From a virus: DNA of 64,000 bases. The notes below the pieces were generated by a model that worked only from the letters and a program-made list of their open reading frames with translations, ran no database searches and had not been told where the DNA came from. Position 1 is the stretch's first letter. Each line of letters opens with the position of its first letter. The position numbers and the translations under genes are program-made. Of this stretch, positions 29,301-39,499 are shown in pieces. Location of the stretch: the IMG/VR virus record IMGVR_UViG_3300047650_000023, one strand, 5' to 3'.

Positions 29301-31092
29301 TACTCAGAATAAAATAAATGAAGATGCTGTTACAGCCATACAGACCAAAGAAGCATATCAGAAATCTATGGGAACTCTCACAGATGCCCAACAAATTGCT
29401 GATGACAAAGAAGTAGTTACTTTATATCAGCAAGACTTAGCAGTAGCGCAAAAAAATAAAGATTTAACTGATGCATTAAAATACACAGACGAACTTAATA
29501 CTGCTAATGAAACTCTTCATTCAGACCAAAATTCACAAAATAGTGATGCTATAACTGCTCAACAGAATCAAGAATCTTATTTAAAGAGTATGGGGCAACT
29601 CACTTCAGACCAAGAAATTATCACAGATAAACTTATAGATAACGAACTTCAAAAAGCATATGCTTTAGCAGTACAGAATAAAGATTTAACAACACAAGGA
29701 ATTTTGTTAGGTCAAATTCAGCAAGAAAATGAAGCAATATATACAGCACAAAATGCTACTGCTTCTAATATTTCCTCAATCGTTTCTGATACATCTGATT
29801 ATGGCACACTCACGGATAGTCAGATGCAAACACTTATTCAGGATGAAACAGCTGTAGCTAACAATGGTGCTAATGCTACAGAAAATTTAAATAATTATAC
29901 AACACAACTTCAACAAGCTAATGAGGCGGCAGAACAACAAAAGCTACTAACAGCGGTGCAAGTTGGTGCTTTACAAGATCAAGAAACAGCATTAGAAAAT
30001 GCTAATACAGCTCGACAAGCGGCTAATACACTTCTTCAAGACCAAAATAACTTGCTTTTAGCACAACAGCAATTAGCAGAAGATATCGCTAATAAAAACG
30101 TACAAGTTATAGAGAATGGCAAATGGGTAAATGTTTCTGATGCAACCACGGTAGCTTCGGATACAACTGCTGTTAATAATGCTCAAAATTCATTAAATAA
30201 TGATACTACTTCACAAGCATTTGATGATCAAAAAACAGCACTTGAAAATCAAATTGCTGTACTTAATGGCACAACTTCAGCAGAAGCAACAGCTATACAG
30301 AATGTAGTTAATTTCAATCAACAAGAGGCAAACACAACAGCAGTTGATGCTTATACTAAACTTATGCAAAGTCAAGGTGAGTATGTTTCAACTAATGCTG
30401 GAAATATTTCAGATGCCAATACAAATACACAAACGTTAGCAACTACACAATCTAGTACAGTAACCACACAAGCTGTTGGTGGTTTTACTACATTAGTAGA
30501 TACTCAAGGAACAGCATTTCAAAATTTAGCTACTCAAATAGAAACTGCCACAACTAAATTGCAAGCATTACAAGTACAAGAAGCAAAAGGGACATCTGGT
30601 ACAACTGCATCTACAGCAACCACATCTGCAACTACTACCAGTAAATCTTCTGTTACTACAGTACCTGCACATTCTCAAGGTGGTGTTACTTCATCAGGAG
30701 TAAATTTATTTGGTGAAGGAAATTCTCCAGAAGCTATAATTTCTTCTAATGGCACTTCAGCACAAATTGTTACTGCACCCACATTACTAAATGTACAAGG
30801 TGGAGAACAAGTCATACCATTGAATCAATCAAGTTCTAATTGGGTAAGTGCGAGTTCTCTAATAAGTAGTTTAGCTAGTGGTAGTGGAAGTGGTTCTAGT
30901 TTGTATAGTAATAACGTTACTCCTAATATAACACCTTACAGTATGAATCCAAATAATATTGTGAGCAATACTAGTAATTCCACAACAGGTGGAGATACGA
31001 TTTATCAATTTAGTGGTGACATCAATGTAACAAGTACAAATCCCAAGAATTGGGTTCAAGATTTTAACAGAAATATAAGTACAAAAATTTAA
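26330..31092 (+). CDS. tape measure protein, exon 3 (spliced product 1884 aa)
   Basis: (L)SFEQFASIIGVVSEKTRLSGDTLANSLKMIMARV. Long Ala/Gln/Thr helical region. C-terminal HSQGG..GEGNSPEAII motif. Confidence 0.9.
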
Positions 31093-31110
31093 TAAAATTA
31101 TAATTTTAGT

Positions 31111-31144
31111 AAAGAGACATGGGAGATATCCTTTGTCTCTTTTT
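31111..31144 (+). terminator. intrinsic terminator after TMP
   Basis: AAAGAGACA/TGTCTCTTT + T-run. Confidence 0.7.
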
Positions 31145-31194
31145 ATATTGATTCAATTATTTTTAAAATTTAAAAGTAAACGAGGTGACTTTTA

Positions 31195-32601
31195 TTGATA
31201 TATTTTCCTAAAAATATGATGCCTTTAAACTCAACGATTGATGCTAGTCAAAGTAATATTTTTACTAGTACTATCCGAGTGAGTGGTGGTTCAAGTTGTA
31301 CAGGATACATTATTCAAATTTATTTAAATACAACAGCAAACACTCTTGTATATACTAATACAGTGACTTTATCAACAGTATTGTATGATCAGCAAACTTT
31401 ATCTATTCCATTAATTGCTAATGTACTTATAAATGGAAATAGCTACAAGTGGGTGCTAAAATTAACACAAGATAATTCAACATATGTTTCTTCATATGAA
31501 AATGTTTTCTACACGCATCTTACACCAGTAATGACAATTCCAACAATAGTGTCTCCAGTTACTCAAAATAGTTATTTATTCACAGCTAATTATGTTCAAC
31601 CAGATGGCGATCCGATGAGTTGGTTTGAATTCATTCTTTATGATAATTTAGGTAATGAATTATCTAATTCAGGTGAACTTCAAGGTGTTATTCAATGGGA
31701 ATGTTCAGGATTATTAAATAATACTACATATGGAATAGCGTGTGTAGGAGCATCAAATTCAGGAGTTGGTTTTTCAAGTCCTATTTATCCTTTTACAGTT
31801 CAATTTTCTGAACCATTTATACCTAATAATTTTCTAAATCCACAATTAACAATTAATTATGAAAGAGATTCTGTAAGTATATCAAATGTGTTTACTCAGA
31901 TTAATGGTAGTGCAGAAGGAACTTATTCATATGGTACTTATTCTAATGGTCAAAGTGATGTGATTATTAATACTAATAGTGAAATTTATTGGGACACAAA
32001 TTTATCTATTCCAGAAAATTTTACTGTAGAAATGTCAAGTGAATTTCCTGTAAATTTTGAAGGTGAAATTATTGATTTAACAAATACAGTATCTAATACT
32101 TTATATAGAGTTTATTATGCAATTGATAGAATAACTTTAATAAATTCAACAAATTCATTTACTATAGGAACTAATAATGAATATATATATCCTTTGAATT
32201 TTGAAGATGTATCTAATATACAATTAGCTTTTAATGGTTTATCTAATGGTAATATCATTAATCCACAATTTGTTTGTACTGATGGAACTAGGACAAGTTT
32301 ATTAACTATATTAGGTACAATAGGTCAAAATGATAGATTTGTATGGGATGGTAGTATTGGATATATAAATAATATACCTGTTTCCACAACTGGAAATTTA
32401 CAAGCATATAAGAATGGAATTTTTACTATTCAAAATACTAAGATTATTCCGAATTTAGAATTAACTTATCAAATGAGTTCAGGTCACATGTTTTATGTTA
32501 TTGATAATAATACATATAATATACCTTTTGCTTTACAAGCAAATATTTCATATAAATTTGGATTATTGCCTACCAATTTGTACATAAAGGAGTTGAGTTA
32601 A
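31195..32601 (+). CDS. distal tail/baseplate protein (FN3-like beta domains)
   Basis: Position after TMP, beta-rich, GAGGTGA SD + TTG. Confidence 0.65.
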   Translation: MIYFPKNMMPLNSTIDASQSNIFTSTIRVSGGSSCTGYIIQIYLNTTANTLVYTNTVTLSTVLYDQQTLSIPLIANVLINGNSYKWVLKLTQDNSTYVSSYENVFYTHLTPVMTIPTIVSPVTQNSYLFTANYVQPDGDPMSWFEFILYDNLGNELSNSGELQGVIQWECSGLLNNTTYGIACVGASNSGVGFSSPIYPFTVQFSEPFIPNNFLNPQLTINYERDSVSISNVFTQINGSAEGTYSYGTYSNGQSDVIINTNSEIYWDTNLSIPENFTVEMSSEFPVNFEGEIIDLTNTVSNTLYRVYYAIDRITLINSTNSFTIGTNNEYIYPLNFEDVSNIQLAFNGLSNGNIINPQFVCTDGTRTSLLTILGTIGQNDRFVWDGSIGYINNIPVSTTGNLQAYKNGIFTIQNTKIIPNLELTYQMSSGHMFYVIDNNTYNIPFALQANISYKFGLLPTNLYIKELS

Positions 32602-33549
32602 TTGTATTTATCAGGAATTATTTTAGGTAGTTCTAATTTTAATGGATATCCTCCATCAATTACAATTATTCCTTCTTATAATAAAATAACTGTATTTGGT
32701 CAACAAACTATTAATTATATAAAAGTTTATAATCGAGTTTTACAAATAAATGAATTGGATAGTGTTACATTAAGTACAATTCCAGAATGGGATATAAACA
32801 CGGTTGCTTTAGCAACATTTAATAATAGTATTGATGCTGGAACTATTAGTAATTTATCAGATCCTATTACACAAGTTAATATACAAAGACTTGATTCTAA
32901 TGAAAGTGTAGCTACAAATTTGGGAACCGTACCAGTAAATTCATCAACTTTTTATAATAATCTCATTCCATATTTTGAAGATTTAACTGTTGCAACAAAT
33001 AGAAATTATATATATTATGTCACACCTATGACAGCTACTACAAGTGGTAGTATTTTGACTAGTGATCCTATTGATGTAGATTTTTATAATTGGAGTTTAA
33101 CGGATAGTGTAACTGGTGATGTTTTTATATTTGATTTAGATATTAAAAGTGGCGAATTAGACCAACAAACAGATCATACTGAGTACCCCACTTTTAATTC
33201 ATATAATAAAATGCAATTTGGAGAGAGATCATTCATAAAAGGAAGTTTAACTTGTACAGCAGGAAGTATAACTGATTTAGGTGGGTATACTTGCACAGCA
33301 GATTTTATAGATAATCTTAAAAGTGTAATTTCAAATTCAAATTTAAAGTATATCAAATCTCGAAAAGGCGATTTTTGGGTATGTGTAAGTTATGATTTTA
33401 AATGTCAATATACTGATGAGTCTTCATTACAACCAGCCCAAATAACGTTCTCTTTTCAAGAAGTGGAAAATATAAATCAACCGATATTACAAACTTCTAA
33501 TAATGTAAGTATAACAGTAAGTGGAAACAGTCAGTGGGGATATTTTTAA
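32602..33549 (+). CDS. tail/baseplate protein
   Basis: Abuts previous gene. FGERSFIKGSL..KSRKGDFW..QITFSFQE pattern. Confidence 0.6.
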   Translation: MYLSGIILGSSNFNGYPPSITIIPSYNKITVFGQQTINYIKVYNRVLQINELDSVTLSTIPEWDINTVALATFNNSIDAGTISNLSDPITQVNIQRLDSNESVATNLGTVPVNSSTFYNNLIPYFEDLTVATNRNYIYYVTPMTATTSGSILTSDPIDVDFYNWSLTDSVTGDVFIFDLDIKSGELDQQTDHTEYPTFNSYNKMQFGERSFIKGSLTCTAGSITDLGGYTCTADFIDNLKSVISNSNLKYIKSRKGDFWVCVSYDFKCQYTDESSLQPAQITFSFQEVENINQPILQTSNNVSITVSGNSQWGYF

Positions 33550-33598
33550 ATAATAATTTAATGAATATAGAATAATTACAAGGAGGTGATAATCTCTA

Positions 33599-35122
33599 TT
33601 GGCAACATATTTTAATAAAATAACAACTGATTATTTAAATGCAATAGAAAGTCCTATTGTTCAAGGAATTTTTCGTGTTGATCTCCTAAATTCATCAGAC
33701 GAGTCATTTTATAAAACAATTACAAATAGTGCTGTAAATAACAATGGAACTTTAACTACAAACTGGAATAATGGTTTACGAAGGACATTCACTTTAGACC
33801 TCGTAAATGAGGATAATTCATATCTTTTTAATCCAAATAGTAACACTGGATTATGGTTAGATTCAAAAATGAAGGTCTATAATGGCATACAAGTTAATGA
33901 TGATCAATATTATTTTTCTCAAGGAGTTTTTCTCTTAAATGCACCAGCAGTAATATCACAGTTTAGTGACAGACGTATTACAATAAATGGAAGTGACAAG
34001 TACTGTTTACTGGATGGTTCTAATGGTGCAGGATATTTATCACAAGACACGGAGATACCGTTAGGTACTATTTTTTATGAAGCGATCAAATTAATCTTAC
34101 AATTATCAAACGATCCTATTTCTCCAGTAATTTCAGAAACATATTTTAATCAAGTTATTCCTTGCAATATAATTGTCAACGCAGGAGGGAAAATTTCTGA
34201 TCTACTTGACCAAGTGTGTCAGTGTTTTTCTTGTAATTATGGATACTCAACGGACGGAATACTGACGATCAGCGATGGGAGTCAGGATTTAGACGATTCA
34301 CTCAAACCATCTGAATTTGACTTTTCAACGATCAGTAATGTATATGGTGGTACAAATAGTTCTGGAAATGTATTTAACACAAGTCAAATTTATAATATTG
34401 TGAGTGTCATTGGAAACAATGTAAATGGGCAGACCACATCTACGGCAATAGTGGCTTCACATATAATTACATATAACCTTTCAAATATTGTGGGATATTT
34501 TGATCCAACAAATGGAGAATTAATTTCAAATTTTATTTTAGGCGGTACAAACGTATCTGACTTAGGTCATATTACAAGTATTGCGTTATTAAATTCTAAT
34601 TCAACGGCACAAATCACAATCAGTGGAACAATTGGTGCAATAACACAAAACTATACTATCGCACCATTACAGGCTGCTTTAGGAACAGGATATACAGCAC
34701 CCACAGCGATACAAATTAATGTGTTTGAAAATCCCGAAGATGCTACAACGATAACAACAAATGGTATTACTGCTTCAGCTATTGCAACAAATGATGATCT
34801 TACCAGTCCATTATGTGTACAACGAATTGGAGAGAGAGTAGCTCCATTAGTACAAGACCAAAACATATCCACAAATGCTTTAGCACAGCAACGTGCGGCA
34901 TATGAGTTGAAAAAGTATACTATAGCACAGACTACCTTTAACTTCACATCAAGTTTTGTACCACACTTACAAGAAAATCAGGTCGTGACGATTTCTGATC
35001 CTTTTTTAGATTATAGTCAGCAAAGAGTCTTACTTACACAGATACAATTCGACCTTAACACTGCAGGAAATGTTACATATCAAGGAAGTAATACTAACGA
35101 ATTAGATTTTTCAATAACGTAA
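33599..35122 (+). CDS. baseplate hub/Tal-like tail protein
   Basis: WNNGLRRTFTLDL, YYFSQGVFLL, IYNIVSVIG, AQQRAAYELK motifs typical of hub proteins. Confidence 0.7.
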   Translation: MATYFNKITTDYLNAIESPIVQGIFRVDLLNSSDESFYKTITNSAVNNNGTLTTNWNNGLRRTFTLDLVNEDNSYLFNPNSNTGLWLDSKMKVYNGIQVNDDQYYFSQGVFLLNAPAVISQFSDRRITINGSDKYCLLDGSNGAGYLSQDTEIPLGTIFYEAIKLILQLSNDPISPVISETYFNQVIPCNIIVNAGGKISDLLDQVCQCFSCNYGYSTDGILTISDGSQDLDDSLKPSEFDFSTISNVYGGTNSSGNVFNTSQIYNIVSVIGNNVNGQTTSTAIVASHIITYNLSNIVGYFDPTNGELISNFILGGTNVSDLGHITSIALLNSNSTAQITISGTIGAITQNYTIAPLQAALGTGYTAPTAIQINVFENPEDATTITTNGITASAIATNDDLTSPLCVQRIGERVAPLVQDQNISTNALAQQRAAYELKKYTIAQTTFNFTSSFVPHLQENQVVTISDPFLDYSQQRVLLTQIQFDLNTAGNVTYQGSNTNELDFSIT

Positions 35123-35178
35123 GTTAGATAAATAAATTAAATTATTATTAACGAGCAAATAATATTAAAGGAATTGAA

Positions 35179-35526
35179 GTGATACATAAAAATATGGATT
35201 TAACTAAATTAAATCAGCTTGATGAGTCAATGAGTTTAGCAGATCAAAAAACGCTTTTATTAACTATTCAGAAGATAGTCCGAGAAGAAATAAACAATGC
35301 TCCTAACATATTGCGAGGATATCCTGCAATTGTAGTGGCTGTTAATAACAATGGATTGAGTATAGATGTTCAACGAGTTGGTAGCACAGTAACACTTCAT
35401 GGGTTTAAAAATCCATATAAGTTTACATTAATTGTTGGTCAATTGGTTTATTTGTGTGCGTTGAATTGTAGTTCAAACAATAATAGTGGAAATCTAACAA
35501 ATGCTTTTATACTTGTAAAACCATAA
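35179..35526 (+). CDS. small OB-fold spike-like tail protein
   Basis: PAIVVAVNNNG.SIDVQ...IVGQLVYL. Confidence 0.5.
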   Translation: MIHKNMDLTKLNQLDESMSLADQKTLLLTIQKIVREEINNAPNILRGYPAIVVAVNNNGLSIDVQRVGSTVTLHGFKNPYKFTLIVGQLVYLCALNCSSNNNSGNLTNAFILVKP

Positions 35527-35589
35527 ATATAAAAATAAAACAATCAAAAGATACAGCAAAAATTAAATATAGAAAGGAAAGGTGATTTA

Positions 35590-36660
35590 ATGTCAGAAAC
35601 AAAATATGATTTAATAACTACATACAGTGCTGATTATACTGAATATCAAACATTATTCAATTTATATTTAGCAGGTACAATATCAACTACTGGTGTATTA
35701 AGTTGGACATCTACATCAAGTGGAAATGTTTATTCGACTACTACTGGTGGACAAACAGCGGTAATGCAACAAATTAAATCAACAATTCATAACTATTTAT
35801 GGACTGCAAGCGATGCTAATTCGATTGCTTCATCTACGCAACTTGGTAATATTATGATCGGTAGTGGATTATCCATTGATAGTTATGGACATTTAAGTAC
35901 CAGTAATACGACTAATCCTAATTATGGAGTTGACACAGGAACAGTAAATACATATGTTATAACGTTTAATCCTGTACCTACATCTTATGTAGATGGTATG
36001 TTAGTTGCAATAAAAATATCACATACGAGTACAGGAGCATCAACATTAAATGTTAATGGACTTGGTGCTAAAACAATATCAGATAGTTATGGTAATGTAA
36101 TTGTTTCAGGGGAATTAATAGCAGGAATAATATATTCAATGCGCTATAACGCTACCACAGGGGATTTTATATTACAAAGTGGAGGAAGTAGTAATTCTGT
36201 ATTAAATCCAGTTTGGGATGCTATTAATTTAACTGTAGGTTCAGGGACACTTACAACAGACAGCCTTTGTTGGTTGGGTAGTAATATTCAATATACACAA
36301 CCCGCATCTAGTATGGCATTAGTTACAGTAGCAAGTGTTTCCTATAATTTACTTCGTTATGGTCAATATTCTGTTGGATTTAGACTTAAAAGCAGTAATA
36401 TAACATCTGCTACTGCTGTAACTACATTAAAAGTATTAAATAGTAGTGGAAATGTTGTAAATAGTGTTGGGATTTTAGGAACGAACTTTGCTATTGTGGG
36501 TGCAAATGTTTATAATACATTTTATTTACCGTTTAATAATTCAGGTCAATCTACTGGAAATGTATTTACATTTGAATTCACATCGGAGGCTGTTGCAAGT
36601 ACATTAATTGCAATAGATTCTATTATAGTTGCTCCTATGCAATTAGCACAATATGGATAA
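35590..36660 (+). CDS. tail fibre / receptor-binding protein
   Basis: STQLGNIMIGSGLSID, DTGTVNTY..DGMLVAIKI..STGASTLNVNGLGAK, C-terminal CBM-like beta sandwich. Confidence 0.7.
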   Translation: MSETKYDLITTYSADYTEYQTLFNLYLAGTISTTGVLSWTSTSSGNVYSTTTGGQTAVMQQIKSTIHNYLWTASDANSIASSTQLGNIMIGSGLSIDSYGHLSTSNTTNPNYGVDTGTVNTYVITFNPVPTSYVDGMLVAIKISHTSTGASTLNVNGLGAKTISDSYGNVIVSGELIAGIIYSMRYNATTGDFILQSGGSSNSVLNPVWDAINLTVGSGTLTTDSLCWLGSNIQYTQPASSMALVTVASVSYNLLRYGQYSVGFRLKSSNITSATAVTTLKVLNSSGNVVNSVGILGTNFAIVGANVYNTFYLPFNNSGQSTGNVFTFEFTSEAVASTLIAIDSIIVAPMQLAQYG

Positions 36661-36692
36661 TATTTAAATAAACTTAGATAGGAGAAAATATA

Positions 36693-38000
36693 TTGATACC
36701 TAAAAATGGATTATATTTATCATCTGCCGATTATGAATCGTGGCAAGATTATTTTAGTGGAATAGCAGATAAAGATTACATAAAACCAAGTTGTAATGGA
36801 TGCTGTTCTGACCCTGATTTGAAAGTCAAAAATATAACTTTTGTTGTTACTGAGAGGTGTAACCTTTGTTGCACCTACTGTTACGAGGTTCATAAATCTG
36901 GTGCGGTAATGAGTAAACAGGTTGCTAAAGATGCTGTTGATTTTCTTTTTAATAAAGAAAAAGTTAATGGTTATTATAGTGATGAAATTTCACCTGCTGT
37001 AATATTAGAGTTTATTGGTGGAGAACCATTACTTGAAATTGATTTGATTAATTATATAGTAGAATATTTTAAGTTTAAATCTTTTGAAGCAGGAAGTGCG
37101 TGGGCAACAAATTATGTAATTAGTATTACAACAAATGGTATTTTATACAAAAGAAAAAATGTTCAAGATTTTTTAAAACGTAATAAAGGACATATAAGTA
37201 TAGGTTTAACTATAGATGGGAATAAAGAGTTACATGATTCATGTCGAATTTTTCCTGATGGTAGTGGAAGTTATGATATAGTTGAATCAGCCGCAAAAGA
37301 GTGGATAAAATTTAATAATCATCCACAAACAAAAATAACTTTATCTCCGTATAATATTTCTTATGTTAATGATGCTTTAAAAAACGTATGGAATATCGGA
37401 ATAACAGGAGCATTTACTAATTGTGTTTATGAAGAAGGTTGGACAATAGAACATGCTAAAATATTTTATTCAGAATTAATTAAATTAGCAGATTATCTTT
37501 TAGAGAACGAAAATTATTCTAAATATTACACTTCTTTATTTGATGAATCTATAGGAAAACCACTTACAGAAGATAGAAACTGGTGTGGCGGCAATGGCAA
37601 AATGTTAGCTATAGGTACAGATGGTAGATGCTTTCCATGTATTAGATTTATGAAATATTCATTAAATACACCTAATCGTAAAGAAAAGTGTATAGGAAAT
37701 ATTTATAATGGTCTTGAAAGTAAAACTAAAAATGTATGGTTATGTGAGTTAAAAAAAGTAACAATGTCAAGTCAGTCAAATGATAAATGTAATAATTGTC
37801 AAATAGCTTCTGGATGTTCTTTATGTACTGGTTATAATTATGATAAATTTGGTACTCCGAATAAAAGAGCAACATTTATTTGTGATATGCATGTTGCCAG
37901 AGTAAAAGCTAATGTTTATTATTGGAATAGATTATATAAATTATTAGATATCAATAAAGTTTTTATAGATAATATTCCCATGAATTGTGAGGTGATATAA
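36693..38000 (+). CDS. radical SAM/SPASM peptide maturase (CXXX-repeat target type)
   Basis: CNLCCTYC (CxxxCxxC), EFIGGEPLLE, ITTNG, GLTIDG..HD. SPASM region WCGG..CFPC..IGNI..CNNCQIASGCSLC..FIC. Confidence 0.92.
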   Translation: MIPKNGLYLSSADYESWQDYFSGIADKDYIKPSCNGCCSDPDLKVKNITFVVTERCNLCCTYCYEVHKSGAVMSKQVAKDAVDFLFNKEKVNGYYSDEISPAVILEFIGGEPLLEIDLINYIVEYFKFKSFEAGSAWATNYVISITTNGILYKRKNVQDFLKRNKGHISIGLTIDGNKELHDSCRIFPDGSGSYDIVESAAKEWIKFNNHPQTKITLSPYNISYVNDALKNVWNIGITGAFTNCVYEEGWTIEHAKIFYSELIKLADYLLENENYSKYYTSLFDESIGKPLTEDRNWCGGNGKMLAIGTDGRCFPCIRFMKYSLNTPNRKEKCIGNIYNGLESKTKNVWLCELKKVTMSSQSNDKCNNCQIASGCSLCTGYNYDKFGTPNKRATFICDMHVARVKANVYYWNRLYKLLDINKVFIDNIPMNCEVI

Positions 38001-38001
38001 T

Positions 38002-38586
38002 ATGGCATGCACAAGTTGTGATGGTGTTTGTACTGGATGTACTGCTGGTTGTCAAGGAAGTTGTGAAAAAACTTGTAATGGTTGTAGCGGAGGTTGTACT
38101 GGATGTTATGGTTCTTGTACTGGTTCTTGTACTAATGGTTGTAATACTAGTTGTACTGGTAGTTGTAAAGGAAGTTGCAACAATGCTTGCACTGGTTCTT
38201 GTGGTAGTTGTACTGGTACTTGTACTGGATATTGCGACAATGCTTGTACATCAGTTAATTCAGCGCAAACTATAGCTAATTTAGGATTAAATATTTTACA
38301 AAAAGGTATTGTTACAAATAATGATTTTCTAGATTTAAAAACTGTATTACGTAATGAATTTAGTAGACGTAGTATGACATTGCCTATTAATGATACATAT
38401 TCAGTAACTCCGGCTAATGGTGTAACAATTTATAAAGAAGAAGCTACAAAAATATTTGGTGATATTAATCAGATGAATAGTGCATTAAATTATTCTATAA
38501 ATGCATCGAATGTTATTTTAACTAGTGACATGAATGCAACTATTGCATATATTCAAACATTAATGAGTCAAAGCATAAGATCATAA
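38002..38586 (+). CDS. Cys-rich CxxxC-repeat protein (putative rSAM substrate) fused to a ~110-aa non-Cys domain
   Basis: 22 Cys in residues 3-82 (16 CxxxC and 5 CxxC intervals). Starts 1 nt after the rSAM stop. Confidence 0.85.
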   Translation: MACTSCDGVCTGCTAGCQGSCEKTCNGCSGGCTGCYGSCTGSCTNGCNTSCTGSCKGSCNNACTGSCGSCTGTCTGYCDNACTSVNSAQTIANLGLNILQKGIVTNNDFLDLKTVLRNEFSRRSMTLPINDTYSVTPANGVTIYKEEATKIFGDINQMNSALNYSINASNVILTSDMNATIAYIQTLMSQSIRS

Positions 38587-38622
38587 TAAAGGTATAAATA
38601 AAAAAAATAAAGGAGTGTTTTT

Positions 38623-39075
38623 ATGGATACAAATCAAACTGCAATATTAGCGGCATTATTAGCATTAAGCAACGAGGTAATAGTTAACAATATAAGCGAT
38701 CCTGAAATTCAAACAAATATTACAAGTATAAATAGTATTACTGCAACAGATAGTTCTTTTGTGCAACTAATTATTGATAACATTCGTAATATGATTGATA
38801 TTTCAACAGCAAGTAATCAGCCTATTTTAACAACAATCATTAATGGTTTAACTTCTATTACTATAAATGCACCAGCATTATTAGGTGTTTTAACTATGCG
38901 TAATCTTAATAATCCTCAAAGTATTGCTAATTACATAGATTCTGAAATTATAAGTAATATTAATGATTTTAATTATTATAGTGCTTTATCAAGATTAGCA
39001 ATATCGTTAGGAGATTCTAAAAGAATATCAGCAGTTTTGACAAAAATACAATCATTAACGACATCAGGTAGTTAA
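38623..39075 (+). CDS. hypothetical helical protein in the rSAM cassette
   Basis: AAGGAG SD, tight junctions. Confidence 0.6.
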   Translation: MDTNQTAILAALLALSNEVIVNNISDPEIQTNITSINSITATDSSFVQLIIDNIRNMIDISTASNQPILTTIINGLTSITINAPALLGVLTMRNLNNPQSIANYIDSEIISNINDFNYYSALSRLAISLGDSKRISAVLTKIQSLTTSGS

Positions 39076-39076
39076 T

Positions 39077-39475
39077 ATGGAGAAAATAGAATCAGAAAAG
39101 TTATTACAAGTGATAACAGAATTAATTGAAGATCAAAGAATTTTCATTGATTTTCCAATAGAAATATCTAATAAATTAGAATTATTGCAACTAAAAATTA
39201 ACTCATCTGAGTTGTTATTTACTGCTTACATTAATAATACTTCAGAATTAGCAAATGAATTTAATCTTGAAAAGTTTTTAACTTTTTATGCTAATTTAAC
39301 TAATGAAAAAGATTTTTTATTTAAAGATACTGCATTATCTATTATAGGAACAGAAATTTATAATTATTGTTTAGAGCAATCTAACAGAATTATATTTTTC
39401 TTAGATAATGATCTTAAAAAATTAATATTTAGGAAATTACCAAAGATAAATGAAGTATCTAATATATCTATATAA
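39077..39475 (+). CDS. hypothetical helical protein, possible maturation-system accessory
   Basis: 1-nt junction with previous gene. Amphipathic helices. Confidence 0.55.
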   Translation: MEKIESEKLLQVITELIEDQRIFIDFPIEISNKLELLQLKINSSELLFTAYINNTSELANEFNLEKFLTFYANLTNEKDFLFKDTALSIIGTEIYNYCLEQSNRIIFFLDNDLKKLIFRKLPKINEVSNISI

Positions 39476-39499
39476 TATCTATATAAAACATAATGGGAA

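Noticed and set aside
38002-38260. Repeated TTGTACTGG(T/A) units resembling a CRISPR or tandem array
   Set aside because: Short, irregular, no unique spacers. Fully explained by Cys-Thr-Gly codons of the Cys-rich protein.
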